This document shows positions 1 to 7,754 of a stretch of DNA of 44,435 nt, piece by piece (position 1 is the first letter of the stretch; the number at the start of each line of letters is the position of its first letter). The stretch covers positions 1-44,435 of the IMG/VR virus record IMGVR_UViG_3300021476_000009; one strand, written 5' to 3'. The notes beneath the pieces are model-generated. The model saw only the letters and a program-made list of their open reading frames with translations. It made no database searches and was not told the DNA's origin. This DNA comes from a virus. Lineage: Duplodnaviria; Caudoviricetes. A program made the translations under genes and the position numbers.

Positions 1-163
1 ATTCTTTCTTCTGATATGCAGATCCTACTGCTGGTTCTAGTACTAGCACTTCTTCTCCAAGCAACATACTAACAACACCAATGTTACTAAATGTCTGTGC
101 AGTTACCTGAACTCCTGGTCCTACCTTAGCTGTTATCGTAACTGTGCCAGTAAATGCTGCCAT
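1..163 (-). CDS. 5' part of the 77-aa protein (full copy at 43571-43804), truncated by the window edge
   Basis: ATG at 163 reads MAAFTGTVTITAKVGPG, as in the 43804 copy. Confidence 0.85.
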   Translation of the reverse strand, partial: MAAFTGTVTITAKVGPGVQVTAQTFSNIGVVSMLLGEEVLVLEPAVGSAYQKKE

Positions 164-208
164 TTCTTATTTCCTTTCGTTTACTAGTCTCAATAATTCT
201 GAATCAAA

Positions 209-616
209 CTATTCTTTAACGTAAATCGTTTCAAAATGTTCTTCTGACACTTGTGAAGGTGCATAAATTAGAATCTGTGGTCTATTATCAGCTTCAATCT
301 TCTCGTTCTGAGCCGTAATAACTCGGCTCATACTCTCAACTATATTTGCAAGCTCTTTAGGCCTTTGAATATCAACAAGTTTTATCTGGAGCTCGTCTAA
401 TGCTGAGTTCATAATCGATGCAGCCTTCGACTTCAATGATCCCTGTGACAGTTTTTCATCTAGGTTTGGAATTATGTCTGTAGATGTTAGTACTTGTGAG
501 ACGATATTTGCACTGGACGCATTCCTGTGGGGAGTTCTCAGTTCAGATTTAAGTCTATTTAACAGATTTAAAGGAGACTCAAATCTTTCTATGGCTTCTG
601 TTTCTTCTAAAATCAT
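209..616 (-). CDS. Hypothetical protein, possible terminase small subunit (copy 1)
   Basis: 135 aa, first gene of the late arm. Helical core with a C-terminal beta-like QILIYAP segment. 120/135 identical to 43875-44282. The TerS call is inference only. Confidence 0.5.
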   Translation of the reverse strand: MILEETEAIERFESPLNLLNRLKSELRTPHRNASSANIVSQVLTSTDIIPNLDEKLSQGSLKSKAASIMNSALDELQIKLVDIQRPKELANIVESMSRVITAQNEKIEADNRPQILIYAPSQVSEEHFETIYVKE

Positions 617-719
617 ATAACTCTCTCAGCGGCTAGGATTCTGAGCCGCAGGGCAGCATAGCATGAACTTCGCGGCGTTGCAACAGTGGCCGTGCGTTAA
701 ATCTCGAACGAAATCATAT

Positions 720-744
720 AAAGTTGGTGATAATATCAACTTTT
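720..744 (+). terminator. Terminator-like hairpin
   Basis: AAAGTTGGT-GATAAT-ATCAACTTT followed by a T-rich tract. The copy at 44386-44409 has different bases that still pair through G-U on the + strand. Confidence 0.45.
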
Positions 745-1195
745 GATGATATCTCTTTCTGATTTGATTTATTTTGATTTTGGGTTAGCTAATTATTGTA
801 TTACTCTGTATTTTGATCCTGTATTTGTCATGGATTGTCAGGGACTGTCAATTACGGTTAAGCTCCGCAAAAATCACTCCGTTCTAGGGACCCAAGGAAT
901 GAGCATATACCCCCGTACGGCTCGGCATAAAGCATTCCATTCTATGTTCAGGATTAGAACGTCAACCATCTGGCAGCTGAGCTCATTTACAGTCATTCTA
1001 TTGACGCATTAGTTGTTTCTTACGAGTCAAGCATTTACGAGATTTTGCACAGGTTATGCACATTTACAAGCGTCAAATTAATGGCACATAAGAATTACAC
1101 ACTACTACTAATAGCATTCTAATTCTTTCAAATACAACACATTGTATATAATTCATCTACTCCCATTTGGCAGCCTACATGCTTAATAATCTAGT

Positions 1196-1568
1196 GTTCG
1201 ACGCTCGCTTCGCTCGCGAAACTCAAGCGTCGAGCCGCGTGGAATCTAAACCGCCCGCGTTAGCGATAATAGGGTGACGCCGTTTCATACTGGATTACCT
1301 GCTTAGGTAAGGGATTGTATGAAGCGATGAATAATGAGTCTAGTCATTCTATCATTAGTGAAGGGAGTATTTTATGGTTTCCCGGCTTCATCTGCAATCT
1401 GAGGATTCCGAGAGGTTCTAAAAAATTACACCGTAAGTCTAATCTAGATTCAGCCAACGCGCTGATGCAATTCTGGAATTAGCTGATGTAATCGTATGCT
1501 GGTCTTCCTCGTGGTAAACATAAACCTGTCATATTGAAGGTGGAGACAACGGCTTGACTGGCATATCG
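1196..1568 (+). ncRNA. Candidate structured RNA or long 5' leader
   Basis: No long ORF. Consecutive stems whose mismatches read as G-U wobbles on the + strand (1196-1235, ~1281-1326, ~1494-1567). Confidence 0.4.
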
Positions 1569-1594
1569 TTAATTTTCTAAACCAGGAGAATAAG

Positions 1595-1792
1595 ATGGCT
1601 GCACACAAACAAGTAGAAGAAGCTAAATACGTGGATTCAGCGTGGTCAACAGAAGAACAGGCTCAGTTCCTCAGAATTATTAAGTGCTATTCAAGAGGAG
1701 CTAAAGTTTCACTCAGCGAAGCTGCCGAACTTCTTAGACCAGTCTGGGAATCATTGCTTGAGAACAAGAAACTTGAGAACAAGACAAGTTGA
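1595..1792 (+). CDS. Small early protein; paralog of the C-terminal domain of 1869-2342
   Basis: AGGAG SD. YVDSAWSTEEQAQFLRIIKCYSRGAKVSLSEAAELLRP aligns with YVNLSWPAEAQAQFRLVVRNYARGANVSLDDAVELIKP. Confidence 0.8.
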   Translation: MAAHKQVEEAKYVDSAWSTEEQAQFLRIIKCYSRGAKVSLSEAAELLRPVWESLLENKKLENKTS

Positions 1793-1817
1793 CTCTTCAC
1801 TCGTTCCATGATATAAT
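1789..1817 (+). promoter_or_regulatory. Sigma70-type promoter with extended -10
   Basis: TTGACT-17 nt-TATAAT, with TG one base upstream of the -10 box. Confidence 0.8.
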
Positions 1818-1868
1818 CGACTCGTCAAGTTAACAGGGAGTGACGCCCCAACATCAGGAGTTACAAAA

Positions 1869-2342
1869 ATGGCAGTTCAGGCAATGACGGCAGAGGACCT
1901 TGAGAAGCAACGTAAGGAGAATGAATTGAACGCTGCGCAGAAAAAGGCTGACAGTTCAAATGCAACACGAACCGGTGTTGGAACTCGATTGTTCGTTGGC
2001 CGAACCCGTGGTAAGGGTTCAATGGTTATCTCTTTTGAGAATTTCGATGAATCCAAACCAGAAACACTACCGACATCAATTGAGCAATTCGCCAGCGTAA
2101 CTGGTAAAAATGATGAGAAAGATATTGTTTCTTACCTGATTACCGGATACAACAACGAATTGTATACGGCCGCATCTGACCCACTGGCCGAATATGTGAA
2201 TCTGTCATGGCCAGCTGAAGCACAGGCTCAATTCCGTCTTGTCGTTCGAAATTATGCACGTGGTGCAAACGTCTCTCTTGACGATGCTGTCGAATTGATT
2301 AAGCCTGGATTCGATAAGCAGTTCTCGCCCGCTTCGCGGTAA
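1869..2342 (+). CDS. Hypothetical early protein (157 aa)
   Basis: AGGAG SD and a strong promoter upstream. Confidence 0.85.
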   Translation: MAVQAMTAEDLEKQRKENELNAAQKKADSSNATRTGVGTRLFVGRTRGKGSMVISFENFDESKPETLPTSIEQFASVTGKNDEKDIVSYLITGYNNELYTAASDPLAEYVNLSWPAEAQAQFRLVVRNYARGANVSLDDAVELIKPGFDKQFSPASR

Positions 2343-2507
2343 TCGCTTCGCAGAATAGTTTGCCAGTTCTATTCAAAAACTGGCACTCTCCCAACTCTCT
2401 CAGCGTTCTCTTAACTCTTCAAAACTAAAGTTAGAACAATTGCCATTCTATATTCCTTTCACTAATGACAGAATAGTATGACTGAAAATGCCTCCTGGCC
2501 TCAACAC

Positions 2508-2956
2508 TGCTCGCCGCCGGTCGTAGCTGCTCGACATTGCTCGCTCTTGCTCGACAAGCAATGTTTGCCCTATCACGTTGCACCAACGCCACTTACGCAT
2601 TTCTGACCGAAAGCCTCTCTCTTTCTGGGGTAGGCACACCCGCCCCCTTTCTCCCCCCTTCCCGGTCCCCCTTATACTTTCATTATTCTATACCCTCCCC
2701 CCTCCCCGGGGTTGTAGTTCTCTCTTTTTAATCTTTCCTTTTTAAATATATATTTTTATATAGAAGAATAAGCGGACCCAGAACCACCCCGGGAGGGTGC
2801 CAAAAAGGGGGCGCCTTGACATTTCGAGAGAGGGAGAGTATAATGCCTCATGCTCGTAACACCCCAAAGGTCAACACCTTACAGCCAACCCGTTTGTCGC
2901 GCAATGTCGCGCAATGTCGAGCAGGGGCGAGCAGGGGCGAGCAGCGACGCGACCAG
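2508..2956. repeat. Two inverted arrays of 10-bp-phased repeats flanking an AT-rich core (candidate origin or operator region)
   Basis: TCG at 2511/2521/2531/2541/2551 (mostly TGCTCG). CG[A/C]GCA at 2898/2908/2918/2928/2938. AT-rich tract at ~2724-2770. Confidence 0.75.
2816..2844 (+). promoter_or_regulatory. Perfect consensus sigma70 promoter driving the early/replication arm
   Basis: TTGACA-17 nt-TATAAT. Confidence 0.9.
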
Positions 2957-3024
2957 GAGGTATTTTCAAAAACTGATTAAGTTTTTTAGCTAAACCATTT
3001 CTGAACTATTTAACTTCCTAGATT

Positions 3025-3183
3025 ATGTCTAAAAGAAAGTTTTTTAATTCTGACTCATCCTACAAGCATCAACTTCGAGTCAGAAAAGACAAGAGAAAAC
3101 TCATAACATACACACGTTCGGCTAAGCTTCAGAAGTTATTGCATAGAATTTCATTGGACCTAATAATAAAGGAGGCTAAGTAA
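3025..3183 (+). CDS. Small basic protein (52 aa; not in ORF track)
   Basis: MSKRKFFNSDSSYKHQLRVRKDKRKL...; TAATG stop/start overlap with the next gene. Confidence 0.55.
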   Translation: MSKRKFFNSDSSYKHQLRVRKDKRKLITYTRSAKLQKLLHRISLDLIIKEAK

Positions 3184-3335
3184 TGCACAAGTACATGGTC
3201 ACATTCATAACAAAGACAAATAGCACTTGCATCTGCGTCGAAGGAGAAGACATCATCGATGCTGCTGACAACGCATCAATTAAAACTCTGATTAGCGAAG
3301 TTCATATCGTAAGTATTGTAAGGATTTCAGAATGA
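3183..3335 (+). CDS. Small protein (50 aa; not in ORF track), paralog of 3332-3553
   Basis: GGAGG SD. MHKYMVTFITKTNSTCICVEGEDIIDAADNA...; ATGA overlap with the next gene. Confidence 0.75.
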   Translation: MHKYMVTFITKTNSTCICVEGEDIIDAADNASIKTLISEVHIVSIVRISE

Positions 3336-3553
3336 ATCGGAGGAAACGTGCCAAAATCTACGATGCATTGGGTGTACCACACCAAGACGGAGAGATAGTG
3401 CACAAATACATGGTCACATTCACAGCAGCAAAGACAAATAGCACTTGCATCTACGTCGAAGGACTAGACGTTTTTGATGCTGCCAACAATGCACTAGTTG
3501 AAACCCTAATCAGCAAAGCTTACATTACAAGCATTATAAGGACTTCAGAATGA
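3332..3553 (+). CDS. Small hypothetical protein (chimera from a tandem duplication)
   Basis: The C-terminal ~51 aa match 3183-3335; the N-terminus resembles that of 3550-3765. Confidence 0.7.
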   Translation: MNRRKRAKIYDALGVPHQDGEIVHKYMVTFTAAKTNSTCIYVEGLDVFDAANNALVETLISKAYITSIIRTSE

Positions 3554-3765
3554 CTAATAAATATGCTAGAATCTATGACTCATTAAACGTGGAAAATTAT
3601 GTATGCAAGCCGTACGGCATCATCTTATGGCATGAATATGATAATACATGGGTAACACTGGAATGGTACGTGAATAATACCGAGCGTAACAGAAAGTTAG
3701 CCGAATTAATTCAGCATGAATCAGATTTGAACCGTATCGAATTAAACCATGGCAGATTCAAATGA
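3550..3765 (+). CDS. Hypothetical protein
   Basis: ATGA overlaps with both neighbours. Confidence 0.7.
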   Translation: MTNKYARIYDSLNVENYVCKPYGIILWHEYDNTWVTLEWYVNNTERNRKLAELIQHESDLNRIELNHGRFK

Positions 3766-4409
3766 GTTGGTTTTGTAGTTGCGGACTGCATAACTCTGGA
3801 CTAAATGCTAAATGTGCCGGAACTAATCATTTCAAGACTTCACAGCACCTACAAATTAGTTCAAATACGCTAGATGAGTTAAGATTAATAGTATACATGC
3901 AAAACCTAAAATACTCACAAGAGGATAAAGTGACAGACAAAGAAGAATTATTCGTAAAGTTTTATCAAAGAGGTAAAACTCTTGTCTCTGCAATGACAGA
4001 TTCTGATTTAAGAGACCACAGGGAAGGACTACACAAAATCGTTATAGAGGCAAAGGCATCATTTCAAGCCGCTGACGATGAGATTCGCGAAAGAGACGCC
4101 AGAAAGAAATCTAAAGATAGAGAATGGCTTAGAACAGTTGACAATTCCGTTTCGGTTTCTGATGCATTAAATACCATTAAGACAAGAAAAGAGCGGATGT
4201 CAAAGCTGGATAAAGCCAGAGAGAACTTGCTAAAAGCAGGAATTGCTGAAGACATTGTTAATGAAATGATTAAAGGGCTTGAGAAAGGAGCAACAGAGAA
4301 AAGCATTTCTGTTACATCGAATCTGGCTAACATCAGACCGGTCGAGTCAATTAAATCAGATGGGACTAAAGTTGATTTTAGCAAATTAAGCTTTCTGAAA
4401 AGGTCTTAA
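3762..4409 (+). CDS. Hypothetical protein with N-terminal Cys/His motif and coiled coil
   Basis: WFCSCGLHN...KC at the N-terminus and a charged helical body. An internal GTG with a GAGGA SD near 3930 could be an alternative start. Confidence 0.75.
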   Translation: MSWFCSCGLHNSGLNAKCAGTNHFKTSQHLQISSNTLDELRLIVYMQNLKYSQEDKVTDKEELFVKFYQRGKTLVSAMTDSDLRDHREGLHKIVIEAKASFQAADDEIRERDARKKSKDREWLRTVDNSVSVSDALNTIKTRKERMSKLDKARENLLKAGIAEDIVNEMIKGLEKGATEKSISVTSNLANIRPVESIKSDGTKVDFSKLSFLKRS

Positions 4410-4411
4410 AG

Positions 4412-4720
4412 ATGAAGATTAAAATTGAGACATATCTGATGAAAAAGGGGAACAGAGTCGGCAAAGCCGCTGTCGAGTTCGAGTCAACCGATGGATTCAT
4501 GGCAGGATTTCATCTAGTTGGATTCACAATTTGTGAGGATGATGAAAAGAAGCTCTTCGTTCTGTTCCCATCGAGTCGAATTAAGACAGACAAGGAAGAA
4601 AGAAACTTTTTCTTTCTGCGACCTCAAAATGAGAATAGACTAGATGAACTTGAGGATTTAATTATTTCCGCGTACCTAAATGCAACTAGGCCGTTTAACA
4701 ATGTTTCATTAGTAGATTAA
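4412..4720 (+). CDS. SpoVG-like nucleic-acid-binding protein
   Basis: GFHLVGFTI..D....LFVLFPS....K..FFFLRP followed by a C-terminal helix fits the SpoVG family pattern. Confidence 0.6.
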   Translation: MKIKIETYLMKKGNRVGKAAVEFESTDGFMAGFHLVGFTICEDDEKKLFVLFPSSRIKTDKEERNFFFLRPQNENRLDELEDLIISAYLNATRPFNNVSLVD

Positions 4721-4721
4721 C

Positions 4722-6290
4722 ATGGCTCTATCAACAATAATCAGGCAGACATGCCAAATCTGCGGTAAAATAGCAGTCGAGAAATCTTCAGTCAGACTAG
4801 GTGAGAAGAGAATAGTTACACTAGAATGCGGCCACATCACATCTGAGAAATCATTAAAGTCACAGTCAGACGAGGATATAGCTACAATCCTAAACGGCTG
4901 TCGGCTGATGCCATATCAAGTTCAGGGCGTGAAGTTCCTTCAGACAGCAGACGCGAAGGCTCTACTTGCAGACGAGCAAGGACTAGGAAAAACTATCCAG
5001 GCAGCTGCATTACTGAAACTTCATTTCAAAGAGCTAACACCATGCATCATAGTATGCCCAACAACCGTGAAGTTACAATGGATGCACGAACTGATTAGTA
5101 AGTGTGACATCAAGCTAATTCAAGTGATTGGAAGCACAAAGGAGATGGCTGCGCCAGGGTTTGATGTGTACGTAACAACATACGACTTGCTGAAAACTGA
5201 GAAATGTTTTGACTTAGTAAAGGATAAAATCAAATTCATCATTATAGATGAATGTCAGAGAATTAAGAACCACTTAAGTGATAGAGCGAAAGCTGTTCAG
5301 AAGATATCTAAAAGCATTGAACACATCTTACCAATGTCAGGGACACCTATTAAGAATCATGCTGGTGAGTACTTCACAGTATTGAATCTAGTCAGACCCA
5401 GACTGTATCCACATTATGCAAATTTCATTGACAATGAGTGTGATTCATATCGAAGTCCGTATGGATACAAAGTAGGTGGACTAAAATATCCAGAACAATT
5501 TCATGAGGATACAAAGGAATTCATCTTACGGAGAACTAAAGCTGAAGTCTTAAAAGACTTACCAGAACTAATGAGAAAGTTTCATCATGCTGAGTTGAAT
5601 CCAAAACTAAACAAAGCATATGCGGAAGCATTGAAAGAGTTAGATGACCTATTATATGACAATGACATGAATGCAATGGAGAGGAACTCAAAGTCTATTG
5701 CTATCATGACAAAGATGCGTCAGATCACAGGGATTGGAAAGGTTCAGACTTGTGTTGATTGGGTAACTGAATTCCTAATGTCATGCGACAGGAAACTAAC
5801 AATCTTTGTTCATCATCACGTAGTAGCTGACATGCTCATAGCAACTTTGAATAAATGGCTAGATGATGGAGGATTCAAATCGTGTTTGCATATGAGTGCA
5901 TCATTAGACGCAGACCATAGAGAGAACTTGGCACGAAAATTTAAAGAGCAGGAATATAGAGTAATGATTGCATCAACATTAGCCGCTGGTGAAGGTATCA
6001 ACCTTCAATTCTGTTCTGACGCGATTATGATGGAACGCCAGTGGAATCCGGCTAATGAAGAACAGGCTGAGGGAAGATTTCATCGATTTGGACAAACAAA
6101 TACAGTATCGGTTACATACATGATTGCTAGTGAGACAATTGATGAGTACTTTACTACGCTGGTAGAAAACAAAAGAGCAATCGTAAGTTCTACATTAGAC
6201 AATAGAGAGATTCAATGGGACCAGCAAAGCTTAATGAAAGAATTAGCTCAGATTCTAGTCACTAAAGGAAAAAGCGCTTGGAAGCTGTAG
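4722..6290 (+). CDS. SNF2-family (SF2) helicase with N-terminal Zn ribbon
   Basis: LLADEQGLGKT (motif I), IIIDECQ (II), SGTP (III), AAGEGINL (V), QAEGRFHRFGQ (VI); CQIC...CGH at the N-terminus. Confidence 0.93.
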   Translation: MALSTIIRQTCQICGKIAVEKSSVRLGEKRIVTLECGHITSEKSLKSQSDEDIATILNGCRLMPYQVQGVKFLQTADAKALLADEQGLGKTIQAAALLKLHFKELTPCIIVCPTTVKLQWMHELISKCDIKLIQVIGSTKEMAAPGFDVYVTTYDLLKTEKCFDLVKDKIKFIIIDECQRIKNHLSDRAKAVQKISKSIEHILPMSGTPIKNHAGEYFTVLNLVRPRLYPHYANFIDNECDSYRSPYGYKVGGLKYPEQFHEDTKEFILRRTKAEVLKDLPELMRKFHHAELNPKLNKAYAEALKELDDLLYDNDMNAMERNSKSIAIMTKMRQITGIGKVQTCVDWVTEFLMSCDRKLTIFVHHHVVADMLIATLNKWLDDGGFKSCLHMSASLDADHRENLARKFKEQEYRVMIASTLAAGEGINLQFCSDAIMMERQWNPANEEQAEGRFHRFGQTNTVSVTYMIASETIDEYFTTLVENKRAIVSSTLDNREIQWDQQSLMKELAQILVTKGKSAWKL

Positions 6291-6332
6291 AATTAGCTTG
6301 GCTTGCTGGTCTACTCAAAAGAGGATGAGAAC

Positions 6333-7238
6333 ATGCCAAAGCTTAATATAATCATAGACATGAGCCAGTATGATATGTTTTTGTTGTGTCCATACAGATT
6401 CAGGAACAGATATAAATTAAACTTAACAGCACCTACCAAGAATGCATCTCTAGATATGGGTTCACTCATTCACATAGGCAATGAGACATATTATGAAAGC
6501 CTTAAAAGTGGAGCCAAATACGAGTATGCTGTTGAGGCAGCATTAATGAAGATAAAAGAAGCATTCGTATTAGAGTCAAACTTAGACTCTGAAGAGTCGT
6601 CTCTCTTATTGGAAACGGCTGAACAGTATTTTGATTACTGGAGAGTAGTCGACCAATCATTTGAGATACTAGGTGTTGAAGAGCCATTCTTAAAATTACT
6701 ATTTGAAGATGATGATGCCAGAATCTACCTAGCTGGTAAGATTGACTTACGAGTCAGGGACAACATATACAGCAACTTACCACTTGACCACAAGACATTT
6801 TCACGAAGTGGCCCAGTTAATGAAATGAGTAATCAGTTTAAAAATTATTGCTGGGCTGTTGATAGTAATCATTTACTAGTCAATAAGATTGGGTTACAGA
6901 AAAGCTTAGAGCCAGAAAAGAAATTCATCAGGACACCAGTAAGCTACGACCACTTAATTATTGAGTCATGGAAGAATAATGTCATAGCCAATATAATGTA
7001 TTATCTACAATGCGAGGCCGCTAATGCATGGCCAACGAACGAAACATCGTGTGACAAATACAATAGGCGCTGTGAATACTATGAGGTCTGTGTGTCTTCA
7101 GGCGACGAGGCGAAGAACTTTAAACTTCTAAATAATTTTATTAAAGTTGAACCGTGGGACGTAACTAAGGTCATGAAAAAGAGTTCAGAAGTTCTAAAGA
7201 GAGCAGCAATAGTTAATGAGACTAGTCAGACTAGTTAG
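6333..7238 (+). CDS. PD-(D/E)XK (RecB/Cas4-like) exonuclease
   Basis: GSLIH, E..F, GKIDL, DHKT, Q..NY and a Cys cluster (C near the N-terminus plus C...C....C). The ATG at 6333 has a GAGGA SD. Confidence 0.85.
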   Translation: MPKLNIIIDMSQYDMFLLCPYRFRNRYKLNLTAPTKNASLDMGSLIHIGNETYYESLKSGAKYEYAVEAALMKIKEAFVLESNLDSEESSLLLETAEQYFDYWRVVDQSFEILGVEEPFLKLLFEDDDARIYLAGKIDLRVRDNIYSNLPLDHKTFSRSGPVNEMSNQFKNYCWAVDSNHLLVNKIGLQKSLEPEKKFIRTPVSYDHLIIESWKNNVIANIMYYLQCEAANAWPTNETSCDKYNRRCEYYEVCVSSGDEAKNFKLLNNFIKVEPWDVTKVMKKSSEVLKRAAIVNETSQTS

Positions 7239-7614
7239 ACTAGTGAAAAGAGACTACGAAGTGAAGAAAGAGAAACATCTACATAAGCTAAGGGAGCATG
7301 TTCATAAGTCAGGAACTAGAATGTACTTCTGTACATTACCGTCCTGCTATTTCAAGATAGAAGCTGATTTAGCTCTAGGCAAAGAATCTCTTTGTAACGT
7401 CTGTGGTGAACCATTCATCCTTAACATCAGACAAATCAAGAATAAAGAGCCGCACTGCCCTGACTGCGGCTGGAGATGGATGAAAGATGAGAATGGTAAA
7501 AGAGTCAGGATACAGGTTCAAAAAGGAAAGCTGAACGCTGAACTGGCACAGGAAGACTTAGAATCCCTGAATAACAGATTGCATAATCTAACTTCAATAG
7601 ATGAGGACATATGA
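7216..7614 (+). CDS. Zinc-finger protein
   Basis: H...C....C, CNVC and CPDC motifs. Confidence 0.7.
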   Translation: MRLVRLVRLVKRDYEVKKEKHLHKLREHVHKSGTRMYFCTLPSCYFKIEADLALGKESLCNVCGEPFILNIRQIKNKEPHCPDCGWRWMKDENGKRVRIQVQKGKLNAELAQEDLESLNNRLHNLTSIDEDI

Positions 7615-7754
7615 TTCTGCATGAAGTACTAAACATGCTACGCCATTTCTGGACTAACTTTGCAATTCGACTATTCGAACTTAGGACAAAGAAATATTAC
7701 GATGCAGTAGATATCGCATATGAAGTGAGAAGGAGATGGGAAATTGAAAGCTAG
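7611..7754 (+). CDS. Small hypothetical protein (47 aa; not in ORF track)
   Basis: GAGGA SD, ATGA overlap, and it fills the intergenic gap. Confidence 0.5.
   Translation: MILHEVLNMLRHFWTNFAIRLFELRTKKYYDAVDIAYEVRRRWEIES

Larger units (their letters stand above)
1..769. repeat. Left copy of imperfect terminal direct repeat (matches 43642-44435)
   Basis: ATTCTTTCTTCTGATATGCAGATCC at position 1 recurs at 43642. The copies are colinear to the window end, with many substitutions and a ~25-nt intergenic indel. Confidence 0.95.

Noticed and set aside
743-1012. 89-aa + strand ORF, and the ORFs at 2448-2639 and 2537-2731
   Set aside because: No SD or protein-like features; they overlap T-rich or repeat regulatory DNA.
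1500-1560. TCCTCGT resembling the L3 loop of an HDV-like ribozyme
   Set aside because: P1, P1.1 and P3 pairings could not be built around it.
2361-2385. Hairpin TGCCAGTT...AACTGGCA after the 157-aa gene as an intrinsic terminator
   Set aside because: The stem is real but has no U-tract, so it is not confidently a terminator.
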